Positions 45,418 through 56,598 of a stretch of DNA of 64,000 bases are shown in pieces. Source of the stretch: Candidatus Sungiibacteriota bacterium (GTDB lineage Bacteria; Patescibacteriota; Minisyncoccia; Sungbacterales; JACQCQ01); NCBI GenBank assembly GCA_016201505.1, contig JACQCQ010000002.1, forward strand, positions 12,750 to 76,749. Reading direction: 5' to 3'. The notes below the pieces were generated by a model that was not told the DNA's origin, searched no databases, and worked only from the letters and a program-made list of their open reading frames with translations. The first letter of the stretch is position 1. Each line of letters begins with the position of its first letter. The position numbers and the translations under genes are program-made.

Positions 45418-47270
45418 TGGTTGAAGGCGTAGAAGTCGTAGAAGCGCTGGATTAAATCATCCAAGTTATGTCGTTTTACTACCTCCTCGCGCAAGGCAAG
45501 GTTCTTTTTGCCCGGACGCTGCGAAAATTCCTCGATTTTTCGAGCCAGATGTTCCAATGAGAGCGATTCGATGAAATTTTCACCTGGGACGAGCGGCTTA
45601 AAAGTTCCGTTGCTCGTCAATACATTCAGCCCGCAGGCCATGGCTTCGAGCACGACTTTATCGATACCGGTTTTGCCTGCCAGGTTTAAAAATAAATCAT
45701 GTGAGTTGTAGATTTTTGGCATATCGAAGTTCTCGGCCCGGCCTTTTAGGAAAATCCTATCTTCTAATTGGTTATCTTGAATGTATTGCTTAATGCGGCC
45801 GTAATACTCCCAGTCTTTATCGAGTGCCGGCAGGCTGTAGATATCAAGGAGAACACGTACCCCTTTATCTTTTAGCGCTTTTACCGCTTGGCACATGAGC
45901 ATCTGATTTTTGGTTTCAGTAATGCGGCCCAATGAAAGAAGTCGGAATGTTTTATCACGCGCGATTTCATCCATGGGCCGGTAGAAGTTCGTATCAATGC
46001 CGTGGCCGGTTGCCACCCGATTTTTCGTCTTATAAGGGAAGGTATCGTATGAGGCGGTCAGCACCGCATCCACCAGATGTGCCGCCAGTCTTGCATCCCA
46101 ATTGACGGTCCGATGGTTATACCAAAGCGCCTTTTTCTTGCCGAACAAGATGTAAAGCGGCCAGCCTAAAATGGCATAAATTTGATTCATGTGGATGAAG
46201 ACACCATCAACTTGGGGCAAGAACCGCAGAAGATAGCGGTAAAAATTAAAAAGTCGTGCAATTTTCAGATTACCGAGCTCTTTGCCTAGACTTACCACCT
46301 CAACATTTTTGGGCAACGGGTCGTATCTGCCTTCCTCGAGGCAAATCACCTTGACTTCGGCAAAATATTTGGCGAAGGTATTGATCCAGCGGATAAAAAA
46401 CCACAGATCAAAATCAGCCTCGCTGACTTTCTGCGTTAAAATCAAAATTGAAAGCGCCGGTTTATCGGGCGTCATGAAAAGTTTTTTGTATTTGGCATTT
46501 TCTCGAACGAGAAACGGAAAGAAATCGCGCTCGGGCATGACCTCTTTGGATAAATGGGCCAGCGCCATGGCATCTTTCGGCAAGCATTTCCCGCCAAAGC
46601 CCATCAGGCTGTCATTGCAGTCGAGATAATGATCCTCAATATTATAGCGCTTCACCGCGGCATTTTTTACCTTCTCGTATGAAATGCCGAGTTTTCGCAT
46701 GAGCTCGTAAAATTCAGTTGAGAATAAGACCCGTGTGGCATTAAAACTGTTGGTAAAATATTTTACAGCTTCGGCCTCTTTGGGGGAGAGCCAAACGATG
46801 TCTTTGGCAACACCTCGATGAATACTCTCGAGAAGTTCTGCATCCGCCTGATTATATGCGCCGATAACGCAAAGATCCTGATGTTTTAAAAAGTCTTCTT
46901 GGGCGTATTTTTCGCGTAAGAACTCGGGATTATGCGCGAGTCTCAACTCTGGAAACTTATCATGCAGGGTATCAGTCGTTCCCGGAATGATAGTTGACTT
47001 GATGGTTATAAGTCCCCTGAAATTATGTCTTTCGAGAGTAGCCAGGGTTTCCTCGATGATGCCAGCGTCACAGCTTCCATCAGGCCGAGATGGCGTCGGG
47101 AGTGAAATAAAAATAATTTCCCGGTCCAGCAAATTTTCTAGTCTCTGTTCGGGGTACTTACTATCAAACCCCCTCATGTCGTGGCCGAGACTCGCAAGCG
47201 CCGAAAATACGGCGCCGCCGACCGCACCCAGACCAATGACTCCGATCTTTCGTTTTTCAAACTTCTGCAT
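45414..47270 (-). CDS. Fusion of a UDP-sugar 6-dehydrogenase-like N-terminal module (NAD-binding and central domains) with a C-terminal GT4 glycosyltransferase
   Basis: N-terminal KIGVIGLGAVGGAV Rossmann fold and ...GFGGKCLPKDAMAL (catalytic Cys region of Ugd/GMD dehydrogenases). C-terminal GT4 EAMACGLNVLTSN. Confidence 0.65.
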   Translation of the reverse strand: MQKFEKRKIGVIGLGAVGGAVFSALASLGHDMRGFDSKYPEQRLENLLDREIIFISLPTPSRPDGSCDAGIIEETLATLERHNFRGLITIKSTIIPGTTDTLHDKFPELRLAHNPEFLREKYAQEDFLKHQDLCVIGAYNQADAELLESIHRGVAKDIVWLSPKEAEAVKYFTNSFNATRVLFSTEFYELMRKLGISYEKVKNAAVKRYNIEDHYLDCNDSLMGFGGKCLPKDAMALAHLSKEVMPERDFFPFLVRENAKYKKLFMTPDKPALSILILTQKVSEADFDLWFFIRWINTFAKYFAEVKVICLEEGRYDPLPKNVEVVSLGKELGNLKIARLFNFYRYLLRFLPQVDGVFIHMNQIYAILGWPLYILFGKKKALWYNHRTVNWDARLAAHLVDAVLTASYDTFPYKTKNRVATGHGIDTNFYRPMDEIARDKTFRLLSLGRITETKNQMLMCQAVKALKDKGVRVLLDIYSLPALDKDWEYYGRIKQYIQDNQLEDRIFLKGRAENFDMPKIYNSHDLFLNLAGKTGIDKVVLEAMACGLNVLTSNGTFKPLVPGENFIESLSLEHLARKIEEFSQRPGKKNLALREEVVKRHNLDDLIQRFYDFYAFNH

Positions 47271-47400
47271 GGTATCATCAGCCTACGGACGGGGCTATAT
47301 TTAAAACTTTGGCCTAAAAACTCCGGTTCTATACTATACGTAACGGTAAAACTATAGCCTAAGTTTCAGCTAATTTCCATCGCATTGGCGTAACGGCCTC

Positions 47401-48219
47401 ATGGGCAAAGGGATTTTTGCGAATAGGTTAAAACAAGCTATCCGACTATTCACGCTCGGATTTTTAAGTCTATGCTGCCGGCTGGTCTCTCCATGGCTTT
47501 CTCGTCCTGAAGTTTTAGTTCTGGTGTATCACTCGGTCCGGGATGATGATTGGTTTTATTCCGTCTCCCCGGCTGATTTTCAACGCCAAATCAAATATAT
47601 CAAAGAACAGTATCATCCGGTCTCACTCGCCGATGTCTGCCAATATGCCAAAGGAATAAAATTGCTTGCTCATCGCTCCATAGCAGTTACCTTTGATGAT
47701 GGTTATGAAGACTTCAAAACCAATGCCCTGCCAATTTTGGAGATGTATCAAATACCAGTGACATTATTTGTTTCGGCTGGAGTCGTTGATGCTAAAGACT
47801 TAGGAACAAACCTGCCGACCCTGCAGGGCGTCGCCTTAAAAGAAATTTCTGCTCATCCGCTTGTCAAAATCGGCAGCCACGCCATGACGCACAGAAAATT
47901 AACCAGGCTTTCAGCCGAGAATCAAAAAGAAGAAGTCATAAAATCAAAGAGACTGCTTGAGGCTATGCTGGAAATTCCCGTCCATTTTTTTGCCTATCCA
48001 AAGGGAAATTTCAGCACTGGCACGCGAAATATCATAAAAGATGCCGGATATCGTGGAGCAGTGACGGTAATTCAAACAACCATAAAACCAGGCAATGATC
48101 CCTATCTTCTGCCGCGTATCCAAATCGATCGGTCGATCGGATTTTCTGAATTTGTTTTGCGGCTGACTCGGGTCGCTGATTGGTATTACGCGCTATGGTG
48201 TTTGATCATCCATGGATAA
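47401..48219 (+). CDS. Polysaccharide deacetylase (CE4/NodB family)
   Basis: AVTFDDGYEDFKTNALPIL and GSHAMTH motifs. Confidence 0.8.
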   Translation: MGKGIFANRLKQAIRLFTLGFLSLCCRLVSPWLSRPEVLVLVYHSVRDDDWFYSVSPADFQRQIKYIKEQYHPVSLADVCQYAKGIKLLAHRSIAVTFDDGYEDFKTNALPILEMYQIPVTLFVSAGVVDAKDLGTNLPTLQGVALKEISAHPLVKIGSHAMTHRKLTRLSAENQKEEVIKSKRLLEAMLEIPVHFFAYPKGNFSTGTRNIIKDAGYRGAVTVIQTTIKPGNDPYLLPRIQIDRSIGFSEFVLRLTRVADWYYALWCLIIHG

Positions 48220-48997
48220 AATTCCGGTTTCAGTCTTCATACTGACGAAAAACTCTGAAGCGACCTTGGGGCGCGCTCTTTTGTCAGTGAAAGACTTTGA
48301 TGACGTCATTGTCTCTGATGGAGGCTCGGTCGACGGGACGGTCGAAATTGCCCGTCGCCACAATGCTTCGATATTTTTACAACACGAAGCTTGTCTCAAA
48401 AACGGCAGTGTCACGGATTTTTCCTGCTTAAGGAACGACTGTCTCTCGCATGCCAAATATGACTGGGTTTTGTATGTTGATTCCGACGAGTCTATTAGCC
48501 AAGGGCTGGCGGCGGAAATCAAGGATGTCGTCTCCAAGAATCCTTCGCATACGGCGTTTCAGGTTCCGGGTCAAATAATATTGGATGGCAAGCCGATTCG
48601 GTTTTCATCGAATTACCCGGCTTATCAAATTCGATTTTTTAGAAAGTCGAAAGGCCGTTTCGAGAAACCCATTCATGAGCGCTTCCGTGTTGCTTCAGGC
48701 TCTATCGGAACTTTGCAAAATCCCTGGCATTATTACGTAGCGTCCCGATCTTCAGAAGAGGATTATCGGCGGGATCTTGCACGCGATATGCCTATCTACC
48801 AATCTCGGTACGGAGGTCATTCGGTTGGCGGGAAAGGTAGAGGCCTGTTTCTTGCCCTCCGCACTATTCTCGTGATCATCATAAAATCGATCAGAAATTA
48901 TATGCTTCACGGCCTTGGCGACTCCTACCCACCGAAGCTTGAAATCCGGCGCATCCGTTATCAGTTTGCCATCATTAAAGCTATCCTCCATGCATAA
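48212..48997 (+). CDS. GT2-family glycosyltransferase
   Basis: VSVFILTKNSEATL...VIVSDGGSVDGT (GT-A DxD region). Confidence 0.65.
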   Translation: MDKIPVSVFILTKNSEATLGRALLSVKDFDDVIVSDGGSVDGTVEIARRHNASIFLQHEACLKNGSVTDFSCLRNDCLSHAKYDWVLYVDSDESISQGLAAEIKDVVSKNPSHTAFQVPGQIILDGKPIRFSSNYPAYQIRFFRKSKGRFEKPIHERFRVASGSIGTLQNPWHYYVASRSSEEDYRRDLARDMPIYQSRYGGHSVGGKGRGLFLALRTILVIIIKSIRNYMLHGLGDSYPPKLEIRRIRYQFAIIKAILHA

Positions 48998-49616
48998 CGT
49001 CCAAGTCGAACGCGAGCACTATTTTAACTGGCGCTACATCAAGGCCGAGCGCTGGATGAGCTATTGGCATCAGTTGGAGAATGTAGTCTCGACAAAGCCG
49101 CAATCGGTTTTAGAAATCGGCGTGGGAAACTCAATTGTCCGTGAGACATTAAAAAAATTGAATATTCAAGTAACAACAGTCGATATCGATGCCTCGTTGA
49201 ATCCTGATCTCGTGGCTTCGGTGGTTAAACTGCCTCTCGCTGATAATTCTTTCGATACTGTTCTGGCGGCTGAAATTTTAGAACATATTCCATTTGGGGA
49301 GCTAGAAAATGCGCTTGGTGAATTGCATCGCGTATCCCAGGAGTATGTTGTCATCTCGTTGCCTCACGTTGGCTCGCAATTCATGCTTTCATTTAAAATT
49401 CCCTTACTCAAAAAAGTAACTGTATTTTTTAAAGTTCCTCATTTTTGGAAAACAAAAACCTCAACCCCCGAACATCATTGGGAAATTGGCATGTCCGGCT
49501 TTTCGCTGGCGCGTATTAGGCATCAGTTCAAGGAGGCTAGATTCCGAGTTTTAAAGGCTCGAGGCTACGCCGACGATCCCGCGCACATCCATTTTATTCT
49601 AGAGAAACATGACTAG
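48990..49616 (+). CDS. Class I SAM-dependent methyltransferase
   Basis: VLEIGVGNSIV...VTTVDID...FDTVLAAEILEHI motifs. Confidence 0.65.
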   Translation: MHNVQVEREHYFNWRYIKAERWMSYWHQLENVVSTKPQSVLEIGVGNSIVRETLKKLNIQVTTVDIDASLNPDLVASVVKLPLADNSFDTVLAAEILEHIPFGELENALGELHRVSQEYVVISLPHVGSQFMLSFKIPLLKKVTVFFKVPHFWKTKTSTPEHHWEIGMSGFSLARIRHQFKEARFRVLKARGYADDPAHIHFILEKHD

Positions 49617-50730
49617 CCGGATTATCTATGTCGCAAATGTCAGGATGCCGACCGAGCGCGCGCATGGGCTTCAAATCGTAAAAATGTGTGAGGCGTTCTC
49701 CAGCGCCGGTGCGGCGGTGACGCTAGTTGTGCCCAGGAGGAAGAATCTGATTACAGCCGATCCTTTTGAGTTTTATGGAATTCCCAAATCATTTGAGATT
49801 CGCTGGCTCCCCGTTTGGGATCTTGTCTCCTGGGGCTATCTTGGTTATGTCATCGAAGCCATCTCGTTTGCGTTTGCGACCATCAGAATACCCGTACAAA
49901 AAACGGATATACTATTTACGCGCGATATATTTTCCACCCTTCTCTTTTCGTTCCGTACGAGAAATGTTTTCTACGAAATGCATAATTTCCCGAGATCTGG
50001 ATTATGGTTCTGGCGTCTAACTTTGAAACGAATGCGTGGCATCATCTCAACCAACAAATGGAAAGCAGACCAGCTGATACTCCAATTCGGATTTTCAAAA
50101 AACCGCATCATATCATTTCCCAATGGATTTGATCCGACTGAATTTGTGGGCCTATCTCCAGCCAGTTTCAGATTCAGCGCTGAAAGACCGGTCATTCTCT
50201 ATACCGGAAATCTTTTCGGCTGGAAGGGGGCAGACATTTTGGCTCGCGCCGCTAAAATCCTTCCCACGTACGATTTTGTCTTTATCGGCGGCTCGCCGCG
50301 CGAATATGAGGACTTCAGAAAAAAATTTGGCAGTTACGCAAATATTCATTTACTGGGGAGAAGGCCGCATAATGAGATTCCGCGGTATCTAGCTACGGCC
50401 GACATACTCGCACTGCCGAATTCAGCCCAAGATCCGGAATCGGTCTACAGCACTTCACCGATTAAGCTATTTGAGTATATGGCCTCCGGAAAGCCTATCG
50501 TTGCGGCTGATCTTCCCGCGATTCGCGAAATTGTGAGCGAGGAAGAGGTATTCTTTTTTCGACCCGATGATCCAGAGTCGTTGGCTGAAAAAATGAAAGA
50601 AGTTTTTCAAAATCTAGAATTTGGAGAGGGAAAAGCCAAAGCCGCGAAAATTAAGGTGAGTCAATACACCTGGGATCATCGCGCGCGTGCGATCCTTTCA
50701 TTTCTTGTGAGGCATGTTTCGACTCAATAA
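49609..50730 (+). CDS. GT4-family glycosyltransferase
   Basis: GT-B fold with a GT4 C-terminal signature (LFEYMASGKPIVAADLPAIREIV). Confidence 0.75.
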   Translation: MTSRIIYVANVRMPTERAHGLQIVKMCEAFSSAGAAVTLVVPRRKNLITADPFEFYGIPKSFEIRWLPVWDLVSWGYLGYVIEAISFAFATIRIPVQKTDILFTRDIFSTLLFSFRTRNVFYEMHNFPRSGLWFWRLTLKRMRGIISTNKWKADQLILQFGFSKNRIISFPNGFDPTEFVGLSPASFRFSAERPVILYTGNLFGWKGADILARAAKILPTYDFVFIGGSPREYEDFRKKFGSYANIHLLGRRPHNEIPRYLATADILALPNSAQDPESVYSTSPIKLFEYMASGKPIVAADLPAIREIVSEEEVFFFRPDDPESLAEKMKEVFQNLEFGEGKAKAAKIKVSQYTWDHRARAILSFLVRHVSTQ

Positions 50731-52114
50731 AAACGAAAAAATAATATTTTGGGCTTCGATTGCGGTCAAGCTCGTCTTTTTTGTTTTCATTGGCTCAATC
50801 TTTGGCTGGCATCAGCCGTTTTCCCAAATTCAGTCTGACGGCTACCTACCGAGAGCGGAAAATATTTTTTACCACCACGTGTTCTCGAGCGACGCAACCC
50901 CGCCCTATCGTCTGGAATCGATGAGTACGCCGGGCTATCCGCTCTTTCTTGCCACGACAGCAGTGCCATTTGGCACGGTGATTTTCGCGCTTCTTATTCA
51001 GATTTTTCTCGTATCGTATGCCGCTGTGCTATTTTTTGCCTCTTTGAAAGGGCTTTTACCCTTTAAGGCCGCTTTTTTGGGGGGTGTCATATTTGCTATC
51101 GAGCCCTGGAACGCCTATTCAGCGAACTCTGTTCTCTCGGAATCATTATTTCTTTTTTTTCTGATTCTTGGCTGGTATTTGGCGAAACTGGCGTACCAAA
51201 ATCTAAACCCGCGTGATTTTTTCTTTGCAGGACTCTCTCTTGGTCTCGCCGCCTTTTTGCGTCCGATCGGCCTTTACCTTCTGCCGCTTGGCGCCTTATG
51301 GTTGCTCATTCTTCTATTTAAAAAAATTGGCGCGCGGAAGATGATTTTTTATGCGGGTTTGTTTCTCGTGGGCGGATATCTCATTATTGGCGCTTGGTCG
51401 CTTCGTAATTTAAAAGAACTCGGGACCTACTCATTTGCCACCAAGGGACCGCATACGCTGTATTTCTATAACGTCGAACAGCTGCTGGTTTTTGAGAAAC
51501 ATATTTCCGCGGGGGAAGCCGATGAGTTTCTCTATGACCGAGCCAAAAAAGATTTCCCCGATCTCCGGTCAAAAGAGGAGCTAAATGACGTGAAGTATGG
51601 CCCATACCTGACGCACGAGTCACTCGCGATTATCAGCCAATATAAAAAAGATTATCTAAAGCTTCAGATCCTTTCGATGGGTACCTTCTTTTTTTCGGAT
51701 GGGTATCGTCTACTCGCCTCGGAGCTCGGCGTCCATTTGGGAGCGTTACCGAACATAACCTATCTTATATTTCACCATGAGTTTCAGACGTTATTTTTGT
51801 ATCTTAAGTCTGATGCATTAACCGCCATTCTCTTTTTTACCGGCCTCGTCTTCTGGGGGCTTTGCTCGATCCTCGCGTTTCTTTCGTTTCCGCTCGCGTT
51901 TTTGAGACGCGATTCTCGAGCCGCAAAAATGACTATTCTCATATTGCTCTCGATTATTTTCTATTTTGCGGTTTTGACGGGTCCTGTTGCTCAGGCACGC
52001 TACCGTGTTCCCATAACGCCATTTCTTTTTGTGCTTGCAGCTTACTCCGTCATAAAATTAAAGGAGAATCGGCATCAGGTTGAATCAGACAACATTCTGT
52101 ATTATCCTAACTGA
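50714..52114 (+). CDS. Polytopic GT-C-fold membrane glycosyltransferase (ArnT/PMT_2-like)
   Basis: More than 10 predicted TM segments. N-terminal loop region with conserved acidic and aromatic residues typical of polyprenyl-phosphate-sugar dependent GT-C enzymes. No WWDxG oligosaccharyltransferase motif. Confidence 0.55.
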   Translation: MFRLNKNEKIIFWASIAVKLVFFVFIGSIFGWHQPFSQIQSDGYLPRAENIFYHHVFSSDATPPYRLESMSTPGYPLFLATTAVPFGTVIFALLIQIFLVSYAAVLFFASLKGLLPFKAAFLGGVIFAIEPWNAYSANSVLSESLFLFFLILGWYLAKLAYQNLNPRDFFFAGLSLGLAAFLRPIGLYLLPLGALWLLILLFKKIGARKMIFYAGLFLVGGYLIIGAWSLRNLKELGTYSFATKGPHTLYFYNVEQLLVFEKHISAGEADEFLYDRAKKDFPDLRSKEELNDVKYGPYLTHESLAIISQYKKDYLKLQILSMGTFFFSDGYRLLASELGVHLGALPNITYLIFHHEFQTLFLYLKSDALTAILFFTGLVFWGLCSILAFLSFPLAFLRRDSRAAKMTILILLSIIFYFAVLTGPVAQARYRVPITPFLFVLAAYSVIKLKENRHQVESDNILYYPN

Positions 52115-52121
52115 CGACTTT

Positions 52122-53177
52122 ATGAAGGGGAGTAAGAAAGCCTTAATCACGGGCATCACGGGCCAAGACGGGTCATATTTGGCCGATTTGCTGATGGAGA
52201 AAGGCTATGAGGTGCATGGCATTATACGGCGCGCCTCCGTTCCGAATACCTGGCGGATTGACCATTTAATCGATCCATCAGGCACCCCGACCGAACGTTT
52301 CTTTCTTCACTACGGCGACTTAACCGATGCTTCGGTCTTGAATCGCTTGCTGCGCACCATCCGTCCTGATGAGATTTATCATTTGGGCGCGCAATCATTC
52401 GTGCGTGGTTCATTCGATATTCCAGAGTACACGTTGAATGTTACCGGTATCGGTACCTTGCGTATTTTAGACGCCATGCGCGACGCGGGTCTAAATCACA
52501 CGCGCTTCTATCAGGCCTCAAGCTCCGAGATGTATGGCGATGTGTTAGAAATGCCGCAGACGGAAACCACGCCCTTTAATCCGCGCAGCCCTTATGGGAT
52601 TGCCAAAGTCGCCGCTCACTGGACAGCGAAAAATTATCGCGACGGCTACGGCATGTTTGCTTCAAACGGTATTTTATTTAACCATGAGTCGCCACGGCGT
52701 GGCGAGTTATTTGTAACCAAAAAGATTACGAAAGCTATCGCCAATATCCTCGTCGGAAAACAAGACAAGTTATATTTAGGAAATTTAGAGGCGAGGCGCG
52801 ACTGGGGGTACGCGCCGGAATACGTCGAGGCTATGTGGTTGATGCTGCAAGCCGACAAGCCGGATGATTTTGTGATTGCGACCGGTGAGGACCATTCGGT
52901 GCGCGAGTTTTTAGAGAGAGCCTTTGACTACGCCGGACTTGATTGGAAAAAGTACGTCGAAATCGATCCAGCGCACTTCCGGCCGACCGAGGTAAATAAG
53001 CTTCGCGGGGACGCCTCAAAAGCTAAAAAAGTTTTAGGCTGGGCACCAAAAATAAAATTTGAAAAATTAGTTAAGCTGATGGTAGATGAGGATTTAAAAG
53101 AGGCTGGAGTTTCAGCTAAGCACAGGCCTATAAAGCAAAAAGCTTTAAAGGAGAAATCAATGAAGACCAAAAGCTAG
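52122..53177 (+). CDS. gmd: GDP-mannose 4,6-dehydratase
   Basis: [35 protein letters not shown]... is the canonical Gmd N-terminus. 351 aa. Confidence 0.9.
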   Translation: MKGSKKALITGITGQDGSYLADLLMEKGYEVHGIIRRASVPNTWRIDHLIDPSGTPTERFFLHYGDLTDASVLNRLLRTIRPDEIYHLGAQSFVRGSFDIPEYTLNVTGIGTLRILDAMRDAGLNHTRFYQASSSEMYGDVLEMPQTETTPFNPRSPYGIAKVAAHWTAKNYRDGYGMFASNGILFNHESPRRGELFVTKKITKAIANILVGKQDKLYLGNLEARRDWGYAPEYVEAMWLMLQADKPDDFVIATGEDHSVREFLERAFDYAGLDWKKYVEIDPAHFRPTEVNKLRGDASKAKKVLGWAPKIKFEKLVKLMVDEDLKEAGVSAKHRPIKQKALKEKSMKTKS

Positions 53178-53181
53178 TGTC

Positions 53182-54135
53182 ATGGAATTGCGCGATAAGA
53201 AAATTTTAGTTACCGGTGGGGCTGGATTTCTAGGTTCAGCAGTTGTTCGCACGCTCAAAGGTCGAGGAGTGCCTGAAAAGAGTATCTATATTCCTCGTTC
53301 AAAGACGCACGATTTGCGAGAAAGGAAAGTTTGCGAAGAGGTCGTGAAAGACAAAGACCTGGTTATTCATCTATCGGCGAAAGTTGGTGGGATTGGGTTT
53401 AATCGCGAAAATCCCGCGACAATTTATTATGACAATTTAATCATGGGCGCCGAATTAATGGAGGCGGCGCGAAAAGCCAAGATTGAAAAATTCGTAGCGA
53501 TCGGAACTGTTTGTGCCTATCCTAAATTTGCTCCAGTTCCCTTCAGTGAAGACGACATTTGGAACGGCTATCCCGAGGAAACGAATGCGCCCTATGGACT
53601 CGCCAAAAAAATGATGCTGGTGCAAGCCCAAAGTTATCGCGACCAGTATGGATTTAATGCGATTTATTTGCTTCCGGTAAATCTCTATGGGCCGGGTGAT
53701 AATTTTGACCCCGTCTCATCGCATGTGATTCCAGCTCTCATCAAAAAATTTGTTGAAGCGAAAGAAAGCGGCTCGCCCTATGTGGAAGCCTGGGGAACGG
53801 GCACTCCAACGCGTGAGTTTTTGTATGTTGATGACGCCGCCGAAGGAATTGTGAAAGCCGCCGAGAACTATGACGGGCGGGATCCGGTTAACCTCGGTTC
53901 AGCATTCGAAATTTCCATCAAGGATTTAACAGGTTTAATTGCGCGGCTTGTCGGCTACAAAGGCAAAGTTCGTTGGGACACATCAAAACCCGATGGCCAG
54001 CCACGCCGCAAGCTCGATGTCTCCCGCGCGGAAAAACATTTCGGGTTTCTTGCGAAAACATCCTTTGAGGACGGACTCAAAAAGACGATTGGCTGGTATC
54101 AAGAAAATAAATCAAAGCCAAGCTTTTCAGTATGA
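53182..54135 (+). CDS. fcl: GDP-L-fucose synthase (GDP-4-keto-6-deoxy-D-mannose 3,5-epimerase/4-reductase)
   Basis: [14 protein letters not shown] and [11 protein letters not shown] motifs. Directly follows gmd. Confidence 0.85.
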   Translation: MELRDKKILVTGGAGFLGSAVVRTLKGRGVPEKSIYIPRSKTHDLRERKVCEEVVKDKDLVIHLSAKVGGIGFNRENPATIYYDNLIMGAELMEAARKAKIEKFVAIGTVCAYPKFAPVPFSEDDIWNGYPEETNAPYGLAKKMMLVQAQSYRDQYGFNAIYLLPVNLYGPGDNFDPVSSHVIPALIKKFVEAKESGSPYVEAWGTGTPTREFLYVDDAAEGIVKAAENYDGRDPVNLGSAFEISIKDLTGLIARLVGYKGKVRWDTSKPDGQPRRKLDVSRAEKHFGFLAKTSFEDGLKKTIGWYQENKSKPSFSV

Positions 54136-55535
54136 AAAAAGTGATTCAGGAATACTATGATGCCAGGGCCGATGAAATGGCGCGCTGGCACGGCAGGCGT
54201 AATTATTACCATCAGCAAATTAGAAATCTACTTAATTTTTTAGTTCCGCGAAATGTCTCCTTATTGGAGGTTGGTTCCGGAACAGGCGATTTACTTTCCA
54301 GTTTAAACGTAAAAGAAAAAAAAGGCATTGACATCAGCTCGAAGACCATCGAACTCTCTTTAAAGCTGCATCCCGGGCTTGACGTGCAGGTTGATGACAT
54401 TGAGTCTTTGCGCACCCGCGACCATTTTGATTGTATTTTATTTTCTGAATTAGTCGGCTCACTCTATGACATTCAGAAGGCGCTGGAGAATGCGAAAGCC
54501 ATTATCAACGAAGAAGGAAGGCTGGTTATTATCTATCACAATTATTTGTGGCAGCCAGTTCTTGTATTGCTTGAGTCACTAAAGTTAAAGGCAAAACCGC
54601 CGCTCCAAAATTGGCTGTCTCCGGCAGATCTTGAGAATTTTTTGGCGCTTGCGGGATTTGAGGTGATAAAATCCGGCCGGCGGGTATTGGTGCCGGTGTA
54701 TATTCCAGTTGTCTCCTGGTTTTTTAACCAGATCATCGTTCGTTTGCCATTGTTGTGGCGTCTTGGTTTGGTAAACTACGTCGTCGCACGGCCGCATATT
54801 GTCCGCCAGCCGGTATCAGTTTCGGTTGTTGTTGCGGCTCGCAATGAAAAAGGGAACATCGAGAAAATAATTGAGCGGGTGCCTGCCTTCCCCCAGTATT
54901 CAGAGATTATCTTTATTGAAGGCGGGTCATCTGATGGCACTTGGGAAGAAATTGAACGCGTCGCCGACAAATACAAAGGCAAGAAAAATATCACGATTGC
55001 AAAACAAGACGGAAAAGGAAAGGGGGATGCTGTCCATAAAGGATTTGGCCTCGCACGAGGCGAACTGCTTATGATTTTGGATGCTGATATGACGGTTGCG
55101 CCCGAGGATCTGCCGAAGTTTTATGAAGCGTATGTTTCTGGCCGCGGGGACTTCATTAACGGTTCGCGGCTTGTGTATCCGATGGAAAAGCAGGCCATGC
55201 GGTTTTTGAATATCTTAGGTAACAAGTTTTTCGCGACGGCTTTTTCCTGGTTATTGTCTCAACGCATTAAAGATACGCTTTGCGGCACGAAAGTACTCTC
55301 AAAGTCGGATTATCTCCGTATCGCCGCCAATCGCTCGTATTTCGGCGACTTTGATCCTTTCGGCGATTACGATTTGCTGTTTGGCGCCTCAAAATTAAAT
55401 TTAAAAATTATTGAAGTTCCCATCCGATATAAAGAGCGAACCTACGGCTCGACCAATATCCAGCGATTTCGACATGGTTTACTACTCCTGCAAATGTGCA
55501 TCTTTGCCGCGCGCAAGTTAAAGTTTAATCCTTAG
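54132..55535 (+). CDS. Bifunctional class I SAM-methyltransferase (N) and DPM1/ArnC-like GT2 polyprenyl-phosphate glycosyltransferase (C)
   Basis: N-terminal [16 protein letters not shown]-terminal [15 protein letters not shown]...LDADMTV (GT2 DxD) with one internal TM. Confidence 0.7.
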   Translation: MKKVIQEYYDARADEMARWHGRRNYYHQQIRNLLNFLVPRNVSLLEVGSGTGDLLSSLNVKEKKGIDISSKTIELSLKLHPGLDVQVDDIESLRTRDHFDCILFSELVGSLYDIQKALENAKAIINEEGRLVIIYHNYLWQPVLVLLESLKLKAKPPLQNWLSPADLENFLALAGFEVIKSGRRVLVPVYIPVVSWFFNQIIVRLPLLWRLGLVNYVVARPHIVRQPVSVSVVVAARNEKGNIEKIIERVPAFPQYSEIIFIEGGSSDGTWEEIERVADKYKGKKNITIAKQDGKGKGDAVHKGFGLARGELLMILDADMTVAPEDLPKFYEAYVSGRGDFINGSRLVYPMEKQAMRFLNILGNKFFATAFSWLLSQRIKDTLCGTKVLSKSDYLRIAANRSYFGDFDPFGDYDLLFGASKLNLKIIEVPIRYKERTYGSTNIQRFRHGLLLLQMCIFAARKLKFNP

Positions 55536-55537
55536 GC

Positions 55538-55906
55538 ATGTTAAAGCTCATCAGTCTTTTGCTTTTTACCTCCGCGACCGCGGTCTTGAGTCAGATTTTA
55601 TTTAAGCGCGGGGTGCGTCTCGCAGGACCGGTGGCTCCAGGCGGCGAGGGTCTGTATCATCTTTTTTTAAGGCTTCTCTCGCTGCCGAGTTTTATTATCG
55701 CGCTTATTTCCTACGGGCTTTCGTTCATCGTCTGGATTTTGCTGCTTTCCAAAACCAACCTCTCGCTTGTCTATCCCGTCGGCATTGGGTTAAACGTCAT
55801 TTTTATCCTCATCTTCTCGCAAATTGTCTTGGGCGAGCCGATCCGTATGATTCAACTGCTTGGGGTTGCTCTTATTATCGGCGGCATATTTGTTGTGTTA
55901 GGCTAA
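55538..55906 (+). CDS. Small 4-TM membrane protein (ArnE/ArnF or GtrA-like, SMR/DMT fold), candidate lipid-linked sugar flippase subunit
   Basis: 122 aa with four hydrophobic helices, immediately downstream of the DPM1-like GT2. Confidence 0.45.
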   Translation: MLKLISLLLFTSATAVLSQILFKRGVRLAGPVAPGGEGLYHLFLRLLSLPSFIIALISYGLSFIVWILLLSKTNLSLVYPVGIGLNVIFILIFSQIVLGEPIRMIQLLGVALIIGGIFVVLG

Positions 55907-55910
55907 GACA

Positions 55911-56597
55911 ATGAGCGTTCAAGATGAGATTACCGGCCATTTTGACGCCATCGCGGCCGAATACGACTACTGGAAAAAGAAAAACTGGTACTATTATCGT
56001 GAATTAGAATCGATTGCCTCTAGGGAAGTTCGTCCAAGTGATCGTGTGCTGGACGCGGGTTGCGGTACGGGCAGCATGTTAGCTGCAGTCTCTTCTGCCG
56101 AGGGCGTGGGTGTTGATATTTCTCCTCAAATGATTCAGATTGCGAATGTCCGGCACGGCGATCAAAAAAATCTCTCTTTTTATGCGACTGACATAGTTGA
56201 TTTTTCTACTGATCGCCCCTTTGAAGTGATTTTATTTTTTGATGTTATCGAGCATTTGGAGAAACCCGCAGAAGTTATCAAAACCCTTAGTAGATTAGTA
56301 AAAAAGAACGGCAAACTCATCATCACCATGGCCAATCCCGCCTGGGAGCCAATCTTAATGCTTGGCGAGAAATTAAAATTAAAAATGAAAGAAGGCCCCC
56401 ATCATAGAATTTCCATCGGCGCGTTTCGAGCCATGCTCGAGCGGGCAGGATTTCATATCACCAAAACGGAAACTCGGCTCTTAATTCCCAAATATATTCC
56501 TTTCATTTCAAATCTGATAAATAAACTTGCTGCACGGATTCCTATCGTCCGAGACTGGGGAGTGATTAAGGTTTTTATCGCCTCGCGCGTGGCGTAA
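55911..56597 (+). CDS. Class I SAM-dependent methyltransferase
   Basis: VLDAGCGTGSMLAAV motif I. ILFFDVIEHL motif. Confidence 0.7.
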   Translation: MSVQDEITGHFDAIAAEYDYWKKKNWYYYRELESIASREVRPSDRVLDAGCGTGSMLAAVSSAEGVGVDISPQMIQIANVRHGDQKNLSFYATDIVDFSTDRPFEVILFFDVIEHLEKPAEVIKTLSRLVKKNGKLIITMANPAWEPILMLGEKLKLKMKEGPHHRISIGAFRAMLERAGFHITKTETRLLIPKYIPFISNLINKLAARIPIVRDWGVIKVFIASRVA

Positions 56598-56598
56598 T

